Origin: Eledone cirrhosa
Lineage: Eukaryota
NCBI GenBank assembly: GCA_964016885.1
Contig: OZ024741.1
Location: 94,674,001-94,738,000, forward strand
Reading direction: 5' to 3'
DNA length: 64,000 bases
Shown: positions 38,150 to 51,730 of the stretch, in pieces
How positions within the stretch are numbered: position 1 is the first letter of the stretch
Layout: each line of letters starts with the position of its first letter
Notes under the pieces: generated by a model
Databases searched by the model: none
What the model was told of the DNA's origin: nothing
The model's input: only the letters and a program-made list of their open reading frames with translations
Position numbers and translations under genes: made by a program

Positions 38150-38690
38150 TATGCCTGGTACGTAGATTAGAAAGAAATGAAGCCTGCATGCTCCGATCGA
38201 TGTGTAATAGTAATATACGCGAACGGAAAAGCATAAACGAATTGAGAGAGAGACTGAGCATAAGAGGAATCAAATGCTGTGTGCAGGAGAGGAGGTTGCG
38301 TTGGTATGGACATGTGATGTGTATGAAGGATGACTGCTGCATAAAAAGGTGCAGAGCACTAGAAGTCGATGGAAGCCGCGGAGTGGGGAGACCTAAGAAG
38401 ACCTGGGATGAGGTGATAAAAGCCGACCTTACCCAATTGTACCTCTCAAAGGCGATGACACACAACCGTGACCTCTGGCGTCATGCAGTAATACAGAAGA
38501 CCCGACCCCCCCATGGGTACAAGCCAAAGCTGAAGCATATAGACAATATGCCCCCACCCCCTCCCACTGTAAAGTGGTCGTGTAGGCGCCACGGAAAAAA
38601 AGCACCCAGCACTCACTGTAAATGAGGTTGGTGTTAGGAATGGCATCCTACCTGTAGAAATCAAGCCAGAATCAGTTCCCATATGAGCAG
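38150..38690 (+). mobile_element. RTE LINE 3' fragment (ORF2 end and partial 3' UTR)
   Basis: ORF 38188..38625 with RRLRWYGHV and GRPKKTW; highly similar to 55930-56330. Confidence 0.88.
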
Positions 38691-38856
38691 TTAACTGGCA
38701 CTTTGTGAGTCTTTATTGCTCTCCCTTCCACATTACACTATGTTTGTCTCTTCTATAAATCATATAGAATGAACTCTATATGATTTATAGAAGAGACAAA
38801 CATAGTGTAATGTGGAAGGCAGAGCAATAAAGACTCACAAAGTGCCAGTTAACTGC
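38687..38856. repeat. Near-perfect palindrome: 82-bp arms, 6-nt loop, 1 mismatch
   Basis: 38687-38768 is the reverse complement of 38775-38856; loop ATGAAC. Confidence 0.95.
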
Positions 38857-39704
38857 AATTGTTCACAAATATGATCCCTACAAAAATTAATAATTCTAGT
38901 TACATGGCACAGTACTGTAGGAAAGAAAAAACTGGAAATTATGATGTTCATTCCTTTTCTTGACACATTATTGGGATAAATGAGCTAAACTGGTTTGGGC
39001 ATGAATAAAGAAAAGTCTGTTTCTTATCCTTCAGTAAATTCTTCCTAGAATTTATGACTAGCTTATGCATTGGTAAACTAACATATCGTTAACGGTGAAA
39101 TTAAATGGACATATGTCGATTTAAGCATTCCAATAAGTGGCTGCTTTGTATAAGGGAGTTAACTCTGCCAAGGGAGATAACCTGATGTCACACCAGCCGA
39201 TGTATGGTAGAAAATATTGGATGATGTAGTCCTAAATGAAGACACATGGCATAATAGTTATGGCATTCGACTCACGTACGTAAGGGTCATGAGTTCAATT
39301 TCTGGCGGCGCGTTGTGTCCTTCAGCAAAATGCTTTCTTTCACGTCGCTCTAATCGACTCAGCTGACAAAAATGAGTTGTACATGTAATTCAAAGGAGAT
39401 AGCTATGTCACACAATGTGTCATGCTGTATAGCCCTGAGAAAAATCTTTGCGGTACACGTGTCTGTGAAATGCTTAGCCACTTTCACATTAATTTTTCGA
39501 ACAGGCTGTTTCATTTCATTCATTCAACTGGAACACTGTTGAAACTAATAAAAGTTCAAGACACAGTCAATCCTAGATATACAAGTTTGAATCATAGGTG
39601 TGCTCAATGAGATCTGAGGTCAGCAACATGGTTCAACTTTATTATAATGTTTAGTCAAGTTATTTCAATTCACAACAAACATTAACTGCACTAACCATCT
39701 AACC

Positions 39705-39869
39705 CAGGCATGGGCAACCTTTTTCAAGCAATGAACCACATAGAATGTGGCTCATCATAAGGTGGACCACACTACTAAAAAAGTTCAAGGCAATTTCAAA
39801 ATTAGGCGTACCATTCAGAAAGCCTAACGAGCTGCATGTGGCTCACAAGCCACAGTTTGCCCATGACTG
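39705..39869. mobile_element. 165-bp hAT-type MITE inserted in an RTE tail
   Basis: TIRs CAGGCATGGGCAA / TTGCCCATGACTG and 8-bp TSD ATCTAACC / GTCTAACC. Removing it restores the RTE tail CCATCTAACCCATGCAAGCATGG. Confidence 0.82.
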
Positions 39870-40671
39870 GTCTAACCCATGCAAGCATGGAAAATAGTTG
39901 TTAAACGGAGATGATGCACTAATCTAAGTATTAATCCTGAAGTTTATGGTAGAAGCTAAATACGTTTGAAATTATGTTATATTAGATAATTAGATTGTGG
40001 TGGTGGCGGTGGTATGTAGCAGCAGCAGTAGTAGTAATAAAGAGAGAGAATTGCATGTATATGATTGATTGACTGATTGATTAATGAACTAATGTTAATC
40101 AATTGAATGGCCTTCTTTTGATTGTGGTCTAAGAGTGATTGTATATCGCAGTGGCAGCACTGTCCTAAATATGAGGGTTGCATCAGCAACTGATCAGATA
40201 AATAAGTGCCTATGCTCTATGTTAGTAATGCAGAATTGTTAGAACGTCAAATAGAATGCTTTGTAGTATTCATTTTGGCTCTCTGTTTTCTGAGTTCAAA
40301 TCCCGCTGAGGTCAACTTTGCCTTTCATCCTTTCAAGGTCAATAAAAAAAGTACCACTCTAGTACTGGGGTCGATTCTTCTTCTTTACCTCTTTCTCACT
40401 TCCCCTCTCTCACTTTCTATCCTTCTCTGGAAGAAATTGCTGTATTCAGACCTGAAGAGGAGATGGGCCCTGCCAGGTTTAAAAATTGCCCAGAAATGCC
40501 GTAGGTCAATACAGTGGCTCTACGACTCCCTCAGGAGTTATGGGACCATGCATGTTCTATATTAATAATCTCACTATGATCCTCTAAATAGAAGAGAAAC
40601 TTAAATTTATAGCTGTCATAATTTTTACAAACATGATATCCAATTTCCCTTGTTCCCTTCCATTTTCTTAA

Positions 40672-40878
40672 CCCTTTAGCATTTAAACCGGCTGTATCAG
40701 CCAGAATTCTCTCCCCTCTTTCTGTTCAAACTGGCTGTAACCAGCCACTCATACTGATGTTATGGTAGTGTTCTCAAAATAAATAATATCAAAATCTCAT
40801 AGATTCAATATTATGTGAGATAAAGCCTTTACCATGAAAATACAATAGTAAATATAGAGTAATGTAAAACCTAAAGGA
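40672..40878 (+). mobile_element. TTAA-target MITE, family B
   Basis: TTAA-CCCTTTAGCATTTA ... CTAAAGGA-TTAA. Confidence 0.78.
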
Positions 40879-41431
40879 TTAAACAATCAAAAGAAATATT
40901 TAACCTACTATTAATCAAAAAGTTAATGAATGAAAATAAAAGGGAATTTTTCTGTACTTCAAATATGGTCAATATTTAAATATACATAAAACTATTAACT
41001 ATTTAGTTTATATTTGAAATATATCACATTAAGTATGTATATACATTAATGGATTTCTACTGCATTTCGTTTTTCATCTAATTGATATTGTTTTCGTAAA
41101 ACCTGTAGTTCCCCCAGCATATGACATGTTCAATGCATGCATGGTCCTGTAACTCCTGGGAGAGTCATAGATAAGCAAGATCTGTGAAAACCACTCCAAC
41201 TCTTGCTAGCAGGAAAAACAGACATTTCAGCCACTTGTCTTTTGACATGTCCGTAGTATTGGAGCTGTCCTCTCTCAATTTGGAGAAGTAGCAACTCTAC
41301 TTGGAGTGACTCTCTGAGTTATGCACTCTATCAAATAACGTTACTCCAAAGACCCTTCGGAGGAACCCCGTTTCAGCCACTTGTTAAGTACAAAAAAATT
41401 AATTAATGAATAAAAAAATAAATATACTTAC

Positions 41432-41670
41432 GTTTCATTTTTCTCAGAATGTTCTTCCTTGTGAACCTTGTGTCCATAGCTACCACCAACGATGACCATT
41501 CCAGTGTCAGACTTCTTGACAGAGAACGGCAACACCAAGACAGTCATTGACTTCATGTAGTACTGTGAGTGGGCCATGCCAGAGATGTTACGCAGCTGCT
41601 GTGTCCAGAGCAGTTGCAAGCTTTCATCAAAGCACAAAACCTGCCATTGATCAGTTACCACAACGATAAC
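41432..41670 (-). CDS. NERD1-like gene coding exon 2 (VIVVVTDQWQVLCFD...SEKNE)
   Basis: Acceptor ttctccAG, donor GTAAGT; 239 nt, phase 0->2. Confidence 0.9.
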
Positions 41671-42785
41671 CTGGAGAACAACAACAACAATATCAGAATT
41701 ATTCTAGGCTTTTAACTGAACTTTTATCGTTCAATCAACAATTAAAGAAAAAAGATTCAATGCTGATGTTATACATTTGTGGAACATACTGTAGTAGTGA
41801 TAGTAACTTCTATCATTTTATTTTGTTAACCTCAGAGAGAGAAAGGAGTAGTGTACATGACCCTTTACATGACCTCAAAAATTGGAGTGAGGGAGGGAGA
41901 AGGTGAGTGGAGAGAGAAAGGAAGAGAGAATGTGGTAGGGGGAGAAAGGGGAGGAGAGAAGGGGAGAGGAGTGGAGAGAAGGGAGTGATGGGGGAGACAG
42001 AGGGAGAAGTGGAGAGGTAGCTGACACTTGCCCAAGATTCTGTGCACTGAGATTGAACATAAACTTAGATACTTGTGAAATCCCCATCATAATGACAGCT
42101 CTTTTAGTTCCCTGGTATAATACACAAGGGTACAGTGTACCTATTCAAAAACCAAGATACTCATAATACAACCATAAACTAAATTGAATCTATGAAAGAA
42201 TTATACAAACAAACCAAACAAGAAACGACTTTTAACATCCTGTAATGATTTAGTAGAAAACATTAAAAAACTGGCTTGTTAATTCAAATGTTTATAGTAT
42301 TCTTATTGGTAGACAGATCACTGAAAATTTACAGTAATAGAATTTCTTTTCCATACGCTGATGTGTATGTATATATGTGTGTGCATATGCATACATTTAT
42401 ATGTATGAGTATATAAATATGAACGTGCAAATACAGACACTTACAAAAATACACACTCACAGACATACACAAACATACATTCACACAAACACACATTTAC
42501 ACAAACACACACACACACTCACACAGCGTAGTTTTTTCATCATCAACTTCCTTTCTTTTATACACACATTAACGCAAGCAATAGACATAAAGAGAGAGGA
42601 GTGGTATGAGGTAGTCAAACTACTCTCTCTTTATGTGTTGTATCAGAATCACAGAAATTTATATATCGATTAAAGTAAAGAGTATAATTTTTAATGTGAT
42701 GCAGTCATAGTGCTGTTTGATATTTTTCAAGAATGTTTTACTTGTGTGGTTTCATGTGGTACAGAACATTAAGAGTTAAACTCAC

Positions 42786-43238
42786 CTGCTTCCTGACTTG
42801 GACCATTGACTTATAAGGAAGCCTGTAACCAGTTGTCATGGAAACTGGCCAGCCTATCTGTTCAGATTTTGGAGATAACATAGTCTTGTATTTGACAATG
42901 ACATGAGGAAGTATCTTGTCTTCTTCATCTCTGTTGTCAACATCTGGCAAAGCAAGGATGCTGAGTTTCATGTCATTTGTGAGAAGGATGATTTCGTTGG
43001 TGCCATCACTGTCAAGGTCAGTCACAATGGGTGATGGTAAGGCTTCGTTTTCTGTAGGGTATTTCCCATTAGCATAAAGGTGGGTGTCAGCCCTCTTTCT
43101 CCACATTGGTTGCAGGCTGTAGACATCATCAGCACGGAAGAGATAAACAATGAGAAATAGAAGGACAATAACAGAAACGTGGTTGGCTGAAATACTTTCA
43201 GCTTTTACCTTTAGTTTCTCCACAATTTCAAAAGTCAT
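42786..43238 (-). CDS. NERD1-like gene coding exon 1 (MTFEIVEK...VQVRKQ; N-terminal hydrophobic segment and first FG-GAP-like DLDSDG motif)
   Basis: ATG at 43238, preceded by a polypyrimidine tract, an AG acceptor and 5 nt (exon starts at 43243). Donor CAG|GTGAG at 42785. 453 nt, phase 0. Confidence 0.9.
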
Positions 43239-44039
43239 GGTTCCTAAAGAGAGAGACAAAAAAAAAAAAAAACTCTTAAACGGATTACTGATACTCAGTA
43301 AACATGATTTAACATTAACAACAAAAGTGATACTTCTTTTAAAGGATATATTTCTTATACTATAGGGGCATGCTGGTGACACAACAAATGCACCCAGTCC
43401 ACCCTGTCATGTGGTCATGTTGGTGACATGACGAAAAGTATCCATCCACCCTGTTAGGTGGTCATTCTGGTAACATGACAAAAAACACCCAGACCAACCT
43501 GTAAAGTGTTGTTGACACAAAAAAAAGTGCCAAGTCAACCCTATAAGATGGTCATTTCAGTACCACTATGAAAAGCACCCAGTCCACACTGTAACATGGT
43601 TAGTGTTAGGAAGGGCATCCAGCCATATGAATGTTTATTATAGATATACATAATGCCTATATCAACCCCTATTATGAACCCTGCTATATTAGTGCTACTG
43701 CTAATCAATGGTTCCTATATAGAGAGAGAAGCACTATCAAGAGATGCTCAACAAAACTAATACTCGTTTAGCAAAAAAAACATTTAAATTCTAGTAAATT
43801 CATCATCATCACCTTTTAATACCTATTTTCCATGCTAGCATGGGTTAGACGAGTTGTCTCATGAAACAAGTCAGATCAGGTGACCATGTCTTGCTCATAC
43901 AGAACTGCTTCTGGCTTAGTTTCTATGGCTGGATGCCCATCCTAATGCTAACCTAATGCCACTTTACAAAGTGGACTTGGTGCTTTTTGTTGTGTCACCA
44001 ACACAAGACATCATCATCATTTTTACGTCTGTTTTCCAT

Positions 44040-45097
44040 GCTTGCATGGTTTGGACAGGTGTGTCTTTTGTCGTCATCTTTGTGAAGTTTAATATTTTGA
44101 GATCAGCTTTTACCCTTGCTGCCCATGTCTTTCCTTGGCCTTCAACTTGGCACTCCTACACAGATTTACTCATGTATGTCATCTTTCAAACACATTGCAT
44201 GTCCACATCAATGCAGTCTTCTCTCTTGTATGCAACATCCAATTCTTCTTAGACCCAGTTTTTCTCTCAACTCATTTGTGCTTCATTATTCATGTACACT
44301 GATGTTACACATCCAGCAAAGCATGCTCGTTTCCTTTCTTTCCAACTTTCATACATCTAATGCCTTCAATACAACATTACATAAGTGTCAAGACACACCA
44401 GTGAAAATAAGCAGTTACTCAGGAAGACTGAAGAAGACCTAGTCAGAAGTAGAGGCAGCTGATCTGAAAGTGATGAACCTCATAGAGGAGATGACAAAGG
44501 AACACAAATGGAGGTAAACTGTACTAGAAAAGACCAATCAAACCCATGCAACTATGGAAAAGCAAATGTAAAATTATGACAATAGTGACACAAGCTTCAT
44601 GCAGCTTTTCTTTTGTCCTGACAAAGGGTTGTTACAAGCAGAGGTAAAAGCTTCATAAACTTCTTATTTTAGATACTATGCCTTCAGAGCACCCTCTCCA
44701 CTGCTGGTTATGTCATCCAGGTAACAGAAGCTATTAACTGCCTCAATTGAGCCTTCTGAACATTAGAAAGATGTTAATTTACTGGTGTCATGACTGCTGA
44801 TAACACCTGTGCATCTACCACACACAAACAGTCTACCTTTTCTGTTAGCCTGCCTGCAATTCCACTATGTCTTTTACACCCATATTTTTTATTGAGTACA
44901 CCGAATTGAATTTCTACCTACACTTTTCTACATATTGAGCACAATCATTTCTTTGATAGTAACTTTGGCCTTTGCTATGTTTACTCTAAGTCCTTTTGAT
45001 TTTAGATTTTGTTTCCACATCTGAAATGTCTTCTCTAGATCTTGTAAAGATTCAGCAGTAAGAACTAGACCATCAACTTACAGGAGTTTCCACAGAT
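44040..45097 (-). pseudogene. Scrambled old RTE fragments (mostly minus strand; a short plus-strand piece at about 44400-44580)
   Basis: Recognisable WMC, WKLL..DGL and PHD-like CRKSVGRNS remnants. Confidence 0.65.
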
Positions 45098-46910
45098 AGT
45101 GGTTTTACGTCTGATGTCTATCATGAGCCTGGAGGTTTATCAGGCTGGTGCTTATCCCGATTTCCATGATGTAAAGCAACTGAGAATACAAGGCTTCCCC
45201 ACAGATAGGACACCAGTCTACCACAGGTTTAAACCCCCAGCTACCACTAGTACTCATTTTCAGCTAAGTACACTGGAGTAATGTGAAATGAAGTGTTTTG
45301 TTCAAGAATACAAAACACAACCCAGTCCAGGAATCAAACCGACAATATTATAATAGGAAGGTGGTGGATTGGCAATATCAGTAGAGGGTCGGACGCCATG
45401 CTTTGCAGCATAAAGTTACGGCCCTTTACGGTATGAGTTCAAATTCTGCCCAAGTTAACTTTGCTTTTCATCTTTACAGGGTCGATAAAATAAAGCACCA
45501 GTAATGCACTGGGATAATATCTAGCCTTGTGCCAAAAGTAGAAACAATTATATTAGTTACATTTAGTATGGCGGATTGGTAGTATCAGTAGAACATTGGA
45601 CACTGGCCATTTACGGTCTGAGTTCAAATTCCACTGAGGTTAGCGTTGCTTCTCATCCTTATGGTATCGATAAAATAAAGTAGCAGTAACGCACTGGGGT
45701 CGATATAATCGACTTTCCCCTCCCCCAAAATTGGTGGTCTTGCGCCTAAATCAGAAACCATTATATTAGTTATACTTATTTAAAAACCTTCCATCATAAT
45801 TTTATGTAAAATCCTTTCTTATGTTCCAAACACGAATTTAATAATAATTTAATAAGTTAGTTATTTTATTTAATCCCTCCAAATTCTTGAAATGCATAGG
45901 AATATATATTAGAAATTTGGTTAAATGCCATTTCTTTTTCTTCTTTTTTCCTGTTCTACATTTATTTCTCTATGAGTCATTGATAGTTAAGTAGATAGAA
46001 TGGTAGACTACCAGTGTTAGGGTTAAGTTAGGTTGACTAGTTATGCAAATCTTAACATCTGCAAGAGCAGGAGTGGAGGGATTTATGAGAAAAAATGTAA
46101 GACCTATCTGAAACTCCTTTCAACTGTAACTGCAGCTGATGTAGCCACAGTAGTGCCACAGCTAATCAAACGCTATATAGATATATAATTCATTTATTGG
46201 CTTGTCATTTGAACGCGGTCATGCTGGAGCACCGGTTTCAATGATTTTAGTCAATTCTATCAACCCTGGTATTTAGTCAGGTACTATCATTTACAAATGT
46301 CAGACCCTTACCTTGAGTTAAGTCCCATTTAGGGTAGTTACCTCCCCTAAAATGAATGAAATACGATTATGAATTTACACCGGTATATGAAAACTATGTT
46401 AGTAAATATATGTAGTGGTTCCATACAGATATCCAAGTGAATACTAGCAATCTTTCAGTGGATTTTAAAGTAGAATTAAGAATAGTTAATTACCAAATCT
46501 ACTTTCCATACACTGCATATGTCGGTCTTCATTCAGACTCCTGTATAAAATCCTTGCATCAATGTTATTTAATAGTTACCTACGTGCATATAACAGATAA
46601 TTGTTTCTACTTTAGGCACAAGGCCAGCAATTACCCAGTGCATTACTGGTACTTTATTTTATCGACCCGGTAAGGATGAAAGGCAAAGTCAACCTCGGCG
46701 GGATTTGAACTCAGATCGTAAAGGGACGTAACTATCCTGGAAAGCATGGCGTCCGACCCTCTACCGATACTCCCAATCCACCGATATAACAGATAATACA
46801 CACTTTACAGGAGTGTATTAAATATTTTGTTTAAACCTCAACATATCTAATGAATATGTGTGTGTGTGACGAAACACGGGTGGGAACACTAAACTGTAGT
46901 TATGTTGTTT

Positions 46911-47035
<125 letters not shown>

Positions 47036-49897
47036 AACAGAAAAATAAAAAGTTTTTTGTCTCTAATATACAGGATATCTCAATGCTGGTTATCTTAATT
47101 TATTAAGATAGTAAATGTTTCTTAATTCCAGACACTGTAGTTATGCATATATATGATACCGCCTGTGTACATATTCTTCTACAGAATGTGTATTTGGTAT
47201 ATATACAATATACCATGTTTCTTGTGCGATATATGGCTCTTTCTCTGTATATACATATATCTCTTTATTTGGTTATATATATGTGTGTGTGTGTCTAACT
47301 ACAATTTAGTGTCTCCAGCTGACTTTGTTTCCTCATAACTTTCTTGTATATTTTTATGAAATACGTTTTTTAACGTATAGATTATGATTATGTTTATAAA
47401 ATTAATAATTGTTTCTACTTTTTGGCTCAAGGCCAGCACATACCCAGTGCATTACTGGTACTTTATTTTATCGACCCCGTAAGGATGAAAGGCAAAGTTA
47501 ACCTCGGCGGGATTCGAACTCAGAATGGCAAGGGCCGTAACTCTGTGCGTCAAAGCATAGCGTTCAACCCTCTACCGATACTGCCAATCCACTTAATAAT
47601 GGTTTCTGATTTAGGCACAAGACAAACAATTTTGGGGGAGGAGAAAGTCAATTAAATCGACCCCAGTGCGTGACTGGTACTTACTCCGTAAGAATGAAAT
47701 ACAAAGTTAACTTCGGCGGGGTTTGAACTCAGAAAGTAAAAGATCGTAAATATTAGCCGCAAAGCATTTTGTCCGATGCTCTAATGATGCTGCCAATTCA
47801 CCGAAATAATTGTCATTTTCATTCACGGAAACTACCGGAAGTTGTCTGTGATCTCAAAAGGAAGGATTACTTATATATGTGTGCGTGAAATGAAAATATT
47901 CTCTAACCCTTAATGCACAATTTGAACCCACTGAAAGCTTCGTCCTCTTTCGAAAATTGCAAGTTAGAAGCGAAGGTGTAAGTGAAATTATGCCTCGAAA
48001 GATATAACTCTATCATAAGGAGCTTAAATTAATGCATAGTGATGATGGTGTTGATGTATGCATGTTAGTATCTGTGTATAATTGCTTAAATCCCCTGGTA
48101 GACAGCTCCAACAAAAAAGAAATCATGACTGCAATGTATTTTTATATGGTGATTGTTATGGTTATTTAGCCCCAGTGGAATTCAGATCGGGTAAACTTAT
48201 AATCAAAGCTGTTCCAACTGTGACCAACTCTAACTTTAAATACATTGCCACATTTTACACCTATATTGACAAAATACACTACTTCGTAAATTTCGTGAAA
48301 AACACAATTTTGAGACCTACCTTCACTGGAATCAAAACTTAAGTAACATGAAACAAATAAATACGCTCTCTTCAGTGATGTTAGTATTTGTATACTTTAG
48401 ACATTTAACTGAAGTATTTTCCAAGTAGAGTATTGGCATAATTTTAAATTATTAATGAAACTATTTAACACGAGCTCCATCAGATAGTTCGAAGACGACC
48501 ATAATTAAACGGTGTTAGGTGAAAATAACTCCGACCTTGTCAAGTACCAGGCTTTCGTAATCGGTCGATTTAAAGATAGCTACCAAATCTCCTACAAATC
48601 ACATCCTACCATTTAAAAAAAAAGAAAAATAGTTGATGATATGATCATTCATACACTATTTCGGAGAAAAAGACGGAATGACTACGACCTTTGTCATAGG
48701 CTTGTTCAATCACAGCTAACCTGGAGCTAAACAACAAAAACAACAGTTTCCTATTTCATGTAATATATTATTTTAATTCTTCTTCTAACGTCATTAAACA
48801 AAGGCTCGAACGTCAAACAGTCCCAATGCGCCTCCGGTGCAAAATGTTTTACGATTATATAAAAAAATCAACAAATCTATTATTTTTGGAGGAAGTGTTG
48901 CAAGAATACTTACTGCCGAATACTGCTTTATCATGGTACTCCAAATGGCTTGAGTATCTTCCTTTCATTTATTTGCACTACATAGTAGCTCCTTTAATAG
49001 TGCAAACAGTCTTCTCTCCTAAAAGTCTGTCTAGAGCCCGGAGGCTCATCAGGCTAGTGTTTATCCCGGTTTCCTTGGTGTGAAGCAACTATGAGTAGAA
49101 GACTGACCCCTGGATATGATGCCAGCCCATCGCAAGATTAAACCCCAAGCTATTGATGTTACTTATTTTCAGCAGAGTATTCTGGAGCAATGTGAAATGA
49201 AGTGTTTTACTCAAGAATACAATACTCAACCCATTTCAGGAATTGAACCTACGACATTACAGTAATTTGTCTAACACCCTTACCACTAGGCCATGTACCT
49301 CCACTCCAGATTTTTGTTCCACATGTAGAGAGTAAGTAATTAAATATGGGTCCTTTGATGGAACTATATGGCGGTGGATTGGCAGAATACGTAGAGAGCC
49401 AGACAAAATAATACTTTGCAGTGTTTAGTTGTAACTTCCTAGGTTCTGAATTCAAATCACCCCAAGTTCTTTTATCCTTCTGAGGTCAGTAAAACAAAGT
49501 ATCATTAAAGTACTGGAATCGTCTTTCCCTTCCCCACAAATTGCTTGCCTTGAGTTTAAATTTGAAATCATTGTATGAATCTATGGGCGGCGAATTGTCA
49601 GAGTTGTTACAATGTCAGATAGAACGCTTTGTGGTATTCATTTCAGCTCTCTGTTCTCTGAGTTCAAATCCCACCGAGGTCAACTTTGCTTTTCATCCAT
49701 TCAAGGTCAATAAGTAAAATACCACTGGGGTAGATTCTTTTTCTCACTTTCATTCTCTCACTCTCTATCCTTCTCTGGAAGAAATCTGCTGTGTTCAGAC
49801 TAGGAAAGGAGATAGACTCCACCAAGTTTAAAAAGGAAAGCCCTAGAAACATTATATGTCAATACAGCATCCCTACAACTCCCACAGGTGTTACAAG

Positions 49898-50940
49898 TAG
49901 AGGTGTAACTAGGAAAAATGGCGCCCAGGGCAAGCAGTAAAATTGCCCCCTTGCCCAAACACCTGACACCCATCTTTGAGATAACCATAAAATCAGCTGT
50001 AAAACACCAAACGTGTTCATTAATTTTCTAATTGAAAACAATATATGAAAATTGCAACTACCCTCAGAAGAGCAAGATAAGAGTCTGACATGACCCATGG
50101 AGGCTCTCAAATAGCAGAGTATCAGTTTCATCTTGCTCAATGAACTCTCGCAGTTAGCAATGGAAACTGCGATGGTTATCATTATTTGAATAGCAATGCG
50201 AAGATTTTAAAATATGCTGTTATCTTCATATTGAACAATAAATTCAAGAAGCTCTTGAGGTCTTGATATTTTGATGTGGGCCTGACTTGACAGTAACAGT
50301 CTACAATCTAATATTTCTTCATATAGCTGTGGTCTATCAACATCAGAGTTGTAAAATTCTGCTAAATGTTCGCACTTCTTCTTTATGTCATTATTGTTAG
50401 CACCAATGCCGTAATACAGTTCTTTGACGTTGAGAAGAAACCCAAACTAGGCTTTGGTGTTGTGCAAACGGGTGAACCTTTCATAAATTTCTCTAGTAAG
50501 ACGGTCAAGTGTTCATCAAGCATCTTTAGACTTCTCATCAAACATTCTTTTTTTTTCTGTGTCCAATGACTTTCAACTTCAACATTCTATTCTTAACAGA
50601 GACCGAATCTTTCTTTGAGTGACTCACTGACCAAAGTTTCTCTTTCATCAAAATGATCTTAGAGGGCTTTCAAATCTAGAGCAACATCGTGGAAGTTCAT
50701 GCTAAGATCTTGTAACCTCTTTTGAACACAGTCACTGCAAATGAGTATTTTTTTCCAGAATCCAAGCAAAATCAGGGAATTGTAATTCATCATACCGTTA
50801 TACAGATGGCTTGCATCACTTCTTATTTCACTGGTTTCATTTTCATCATCCATCATGTGCTGGAGAACTTGAAGTATTTCCTCAAGATACTTGTTGATGG
50901 GTTTCACTACTTCTGTCCTTGCACTCCTCCTGGTTTATAT
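49898..50940 (-). pseudogene. hAT transposase 3' fragment with one terminus (Tip100/ZMYM1-like)
   Basis: TRRSART (TRW-like) and ITIAVSIANCESSLSKMKLILCYLRASMG (hAT C-terminal dimerisation motif). Terminus TAGAGGTGTAACTAGG...GGCGCCCAGGGCAAG at 49898. Confidence 0.75.
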
Positions 50941-51120
50941 AGTGATAAAAACCGTCACAGAAAACAATTTTCTATTTCCTCCTTTCATTACTCTCATTCT
51001 ATTTCCCTGTGAAGGGCTAACATCCGAAATGTTAAGTCCCTTTTCTTACTATATCAAGTGTTAAACTAATATATGCAATATATTGTTCTCCTGTGTTGAC
51101 TTTATGCAGATGTGTGTATG

Positions 51121-51192
<72 letters not shown>

Positions 51193-51289
51193 ATATATAT
51201 CGTCATCATCATCATCATAGAGAGTCTGGTTTTGGAAACAGAACTGAAAGTCAAAAGGAATTAAAATAAATGTTAGAAGAATGAAAGTT

Positions 51290-51730
51290 TTGGGAAGTAG
51301 GAAGAAAGACAGATCCCACCAGGAAAGTGGCCTTGCTTAATATGTAGAAAAGGAGTAGGTAGAAACTCTGTATGATGTACACAATATAAATCTTGGGTAC
51401 ACAAGAGGTGTAGTGGGAAAGCAGGCAGACTAACAGAAGAGATAAACATTATATGTGGCAAATGCACTAGGTTAGTTGGTAGTAAGAGCATCAGTGAAAT
51501 AAACATTTTTCCAATCCCAGAAAGGTTCTATAGAAATAGTGATAGCTTCTGCTACAGAGTTGATATAAATAGTGGTGGTTGAACTAAAAGCATAACAGCC
51601 CCGAAAAGTACAGAATGGAATAATTTCAGAATGCCACTACATCTGTTGACAACACAAGGTTTCTCTCAATGAAAGGCCAGCTCTATGTTGCCTGTGAAAT
51701 CTGATGTTGCATGGCAATGAATGCAGAGGA
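51290..51730 (+). pseudogene. Degraded RTE fragment including the PHD-like insert
   Basis: GKWPCLICRKGVGRNSV*CTQYKSWVHKRCSG...ICGKC. Confidence 0.75.

Larger units (their letters stand above)
10219..43243 (-). other. Multi-exon gene for an FG-GAP repeat / beta-propeller membrane protein, NERD1 (At3g51050)-like; 3'-incomplete in this window
   Basis: Eight exons with canonical AG/GT sites and matching phases (0,2,0,0,2,0,0,2) join into one stop-free ORF of about 624 aa. Motif order matches the recalled At3g51050 sequence: LPSPIVTDLDSDG, KQVIVVVT.W.VLCFD, DTGMVIVGG, HFS.FA..G..G.IRW, PHSW....DT, PNAVI.....GIE, G.VTS....G.YQWQ, GDFNNDG..DII. Confidence 0.88.
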
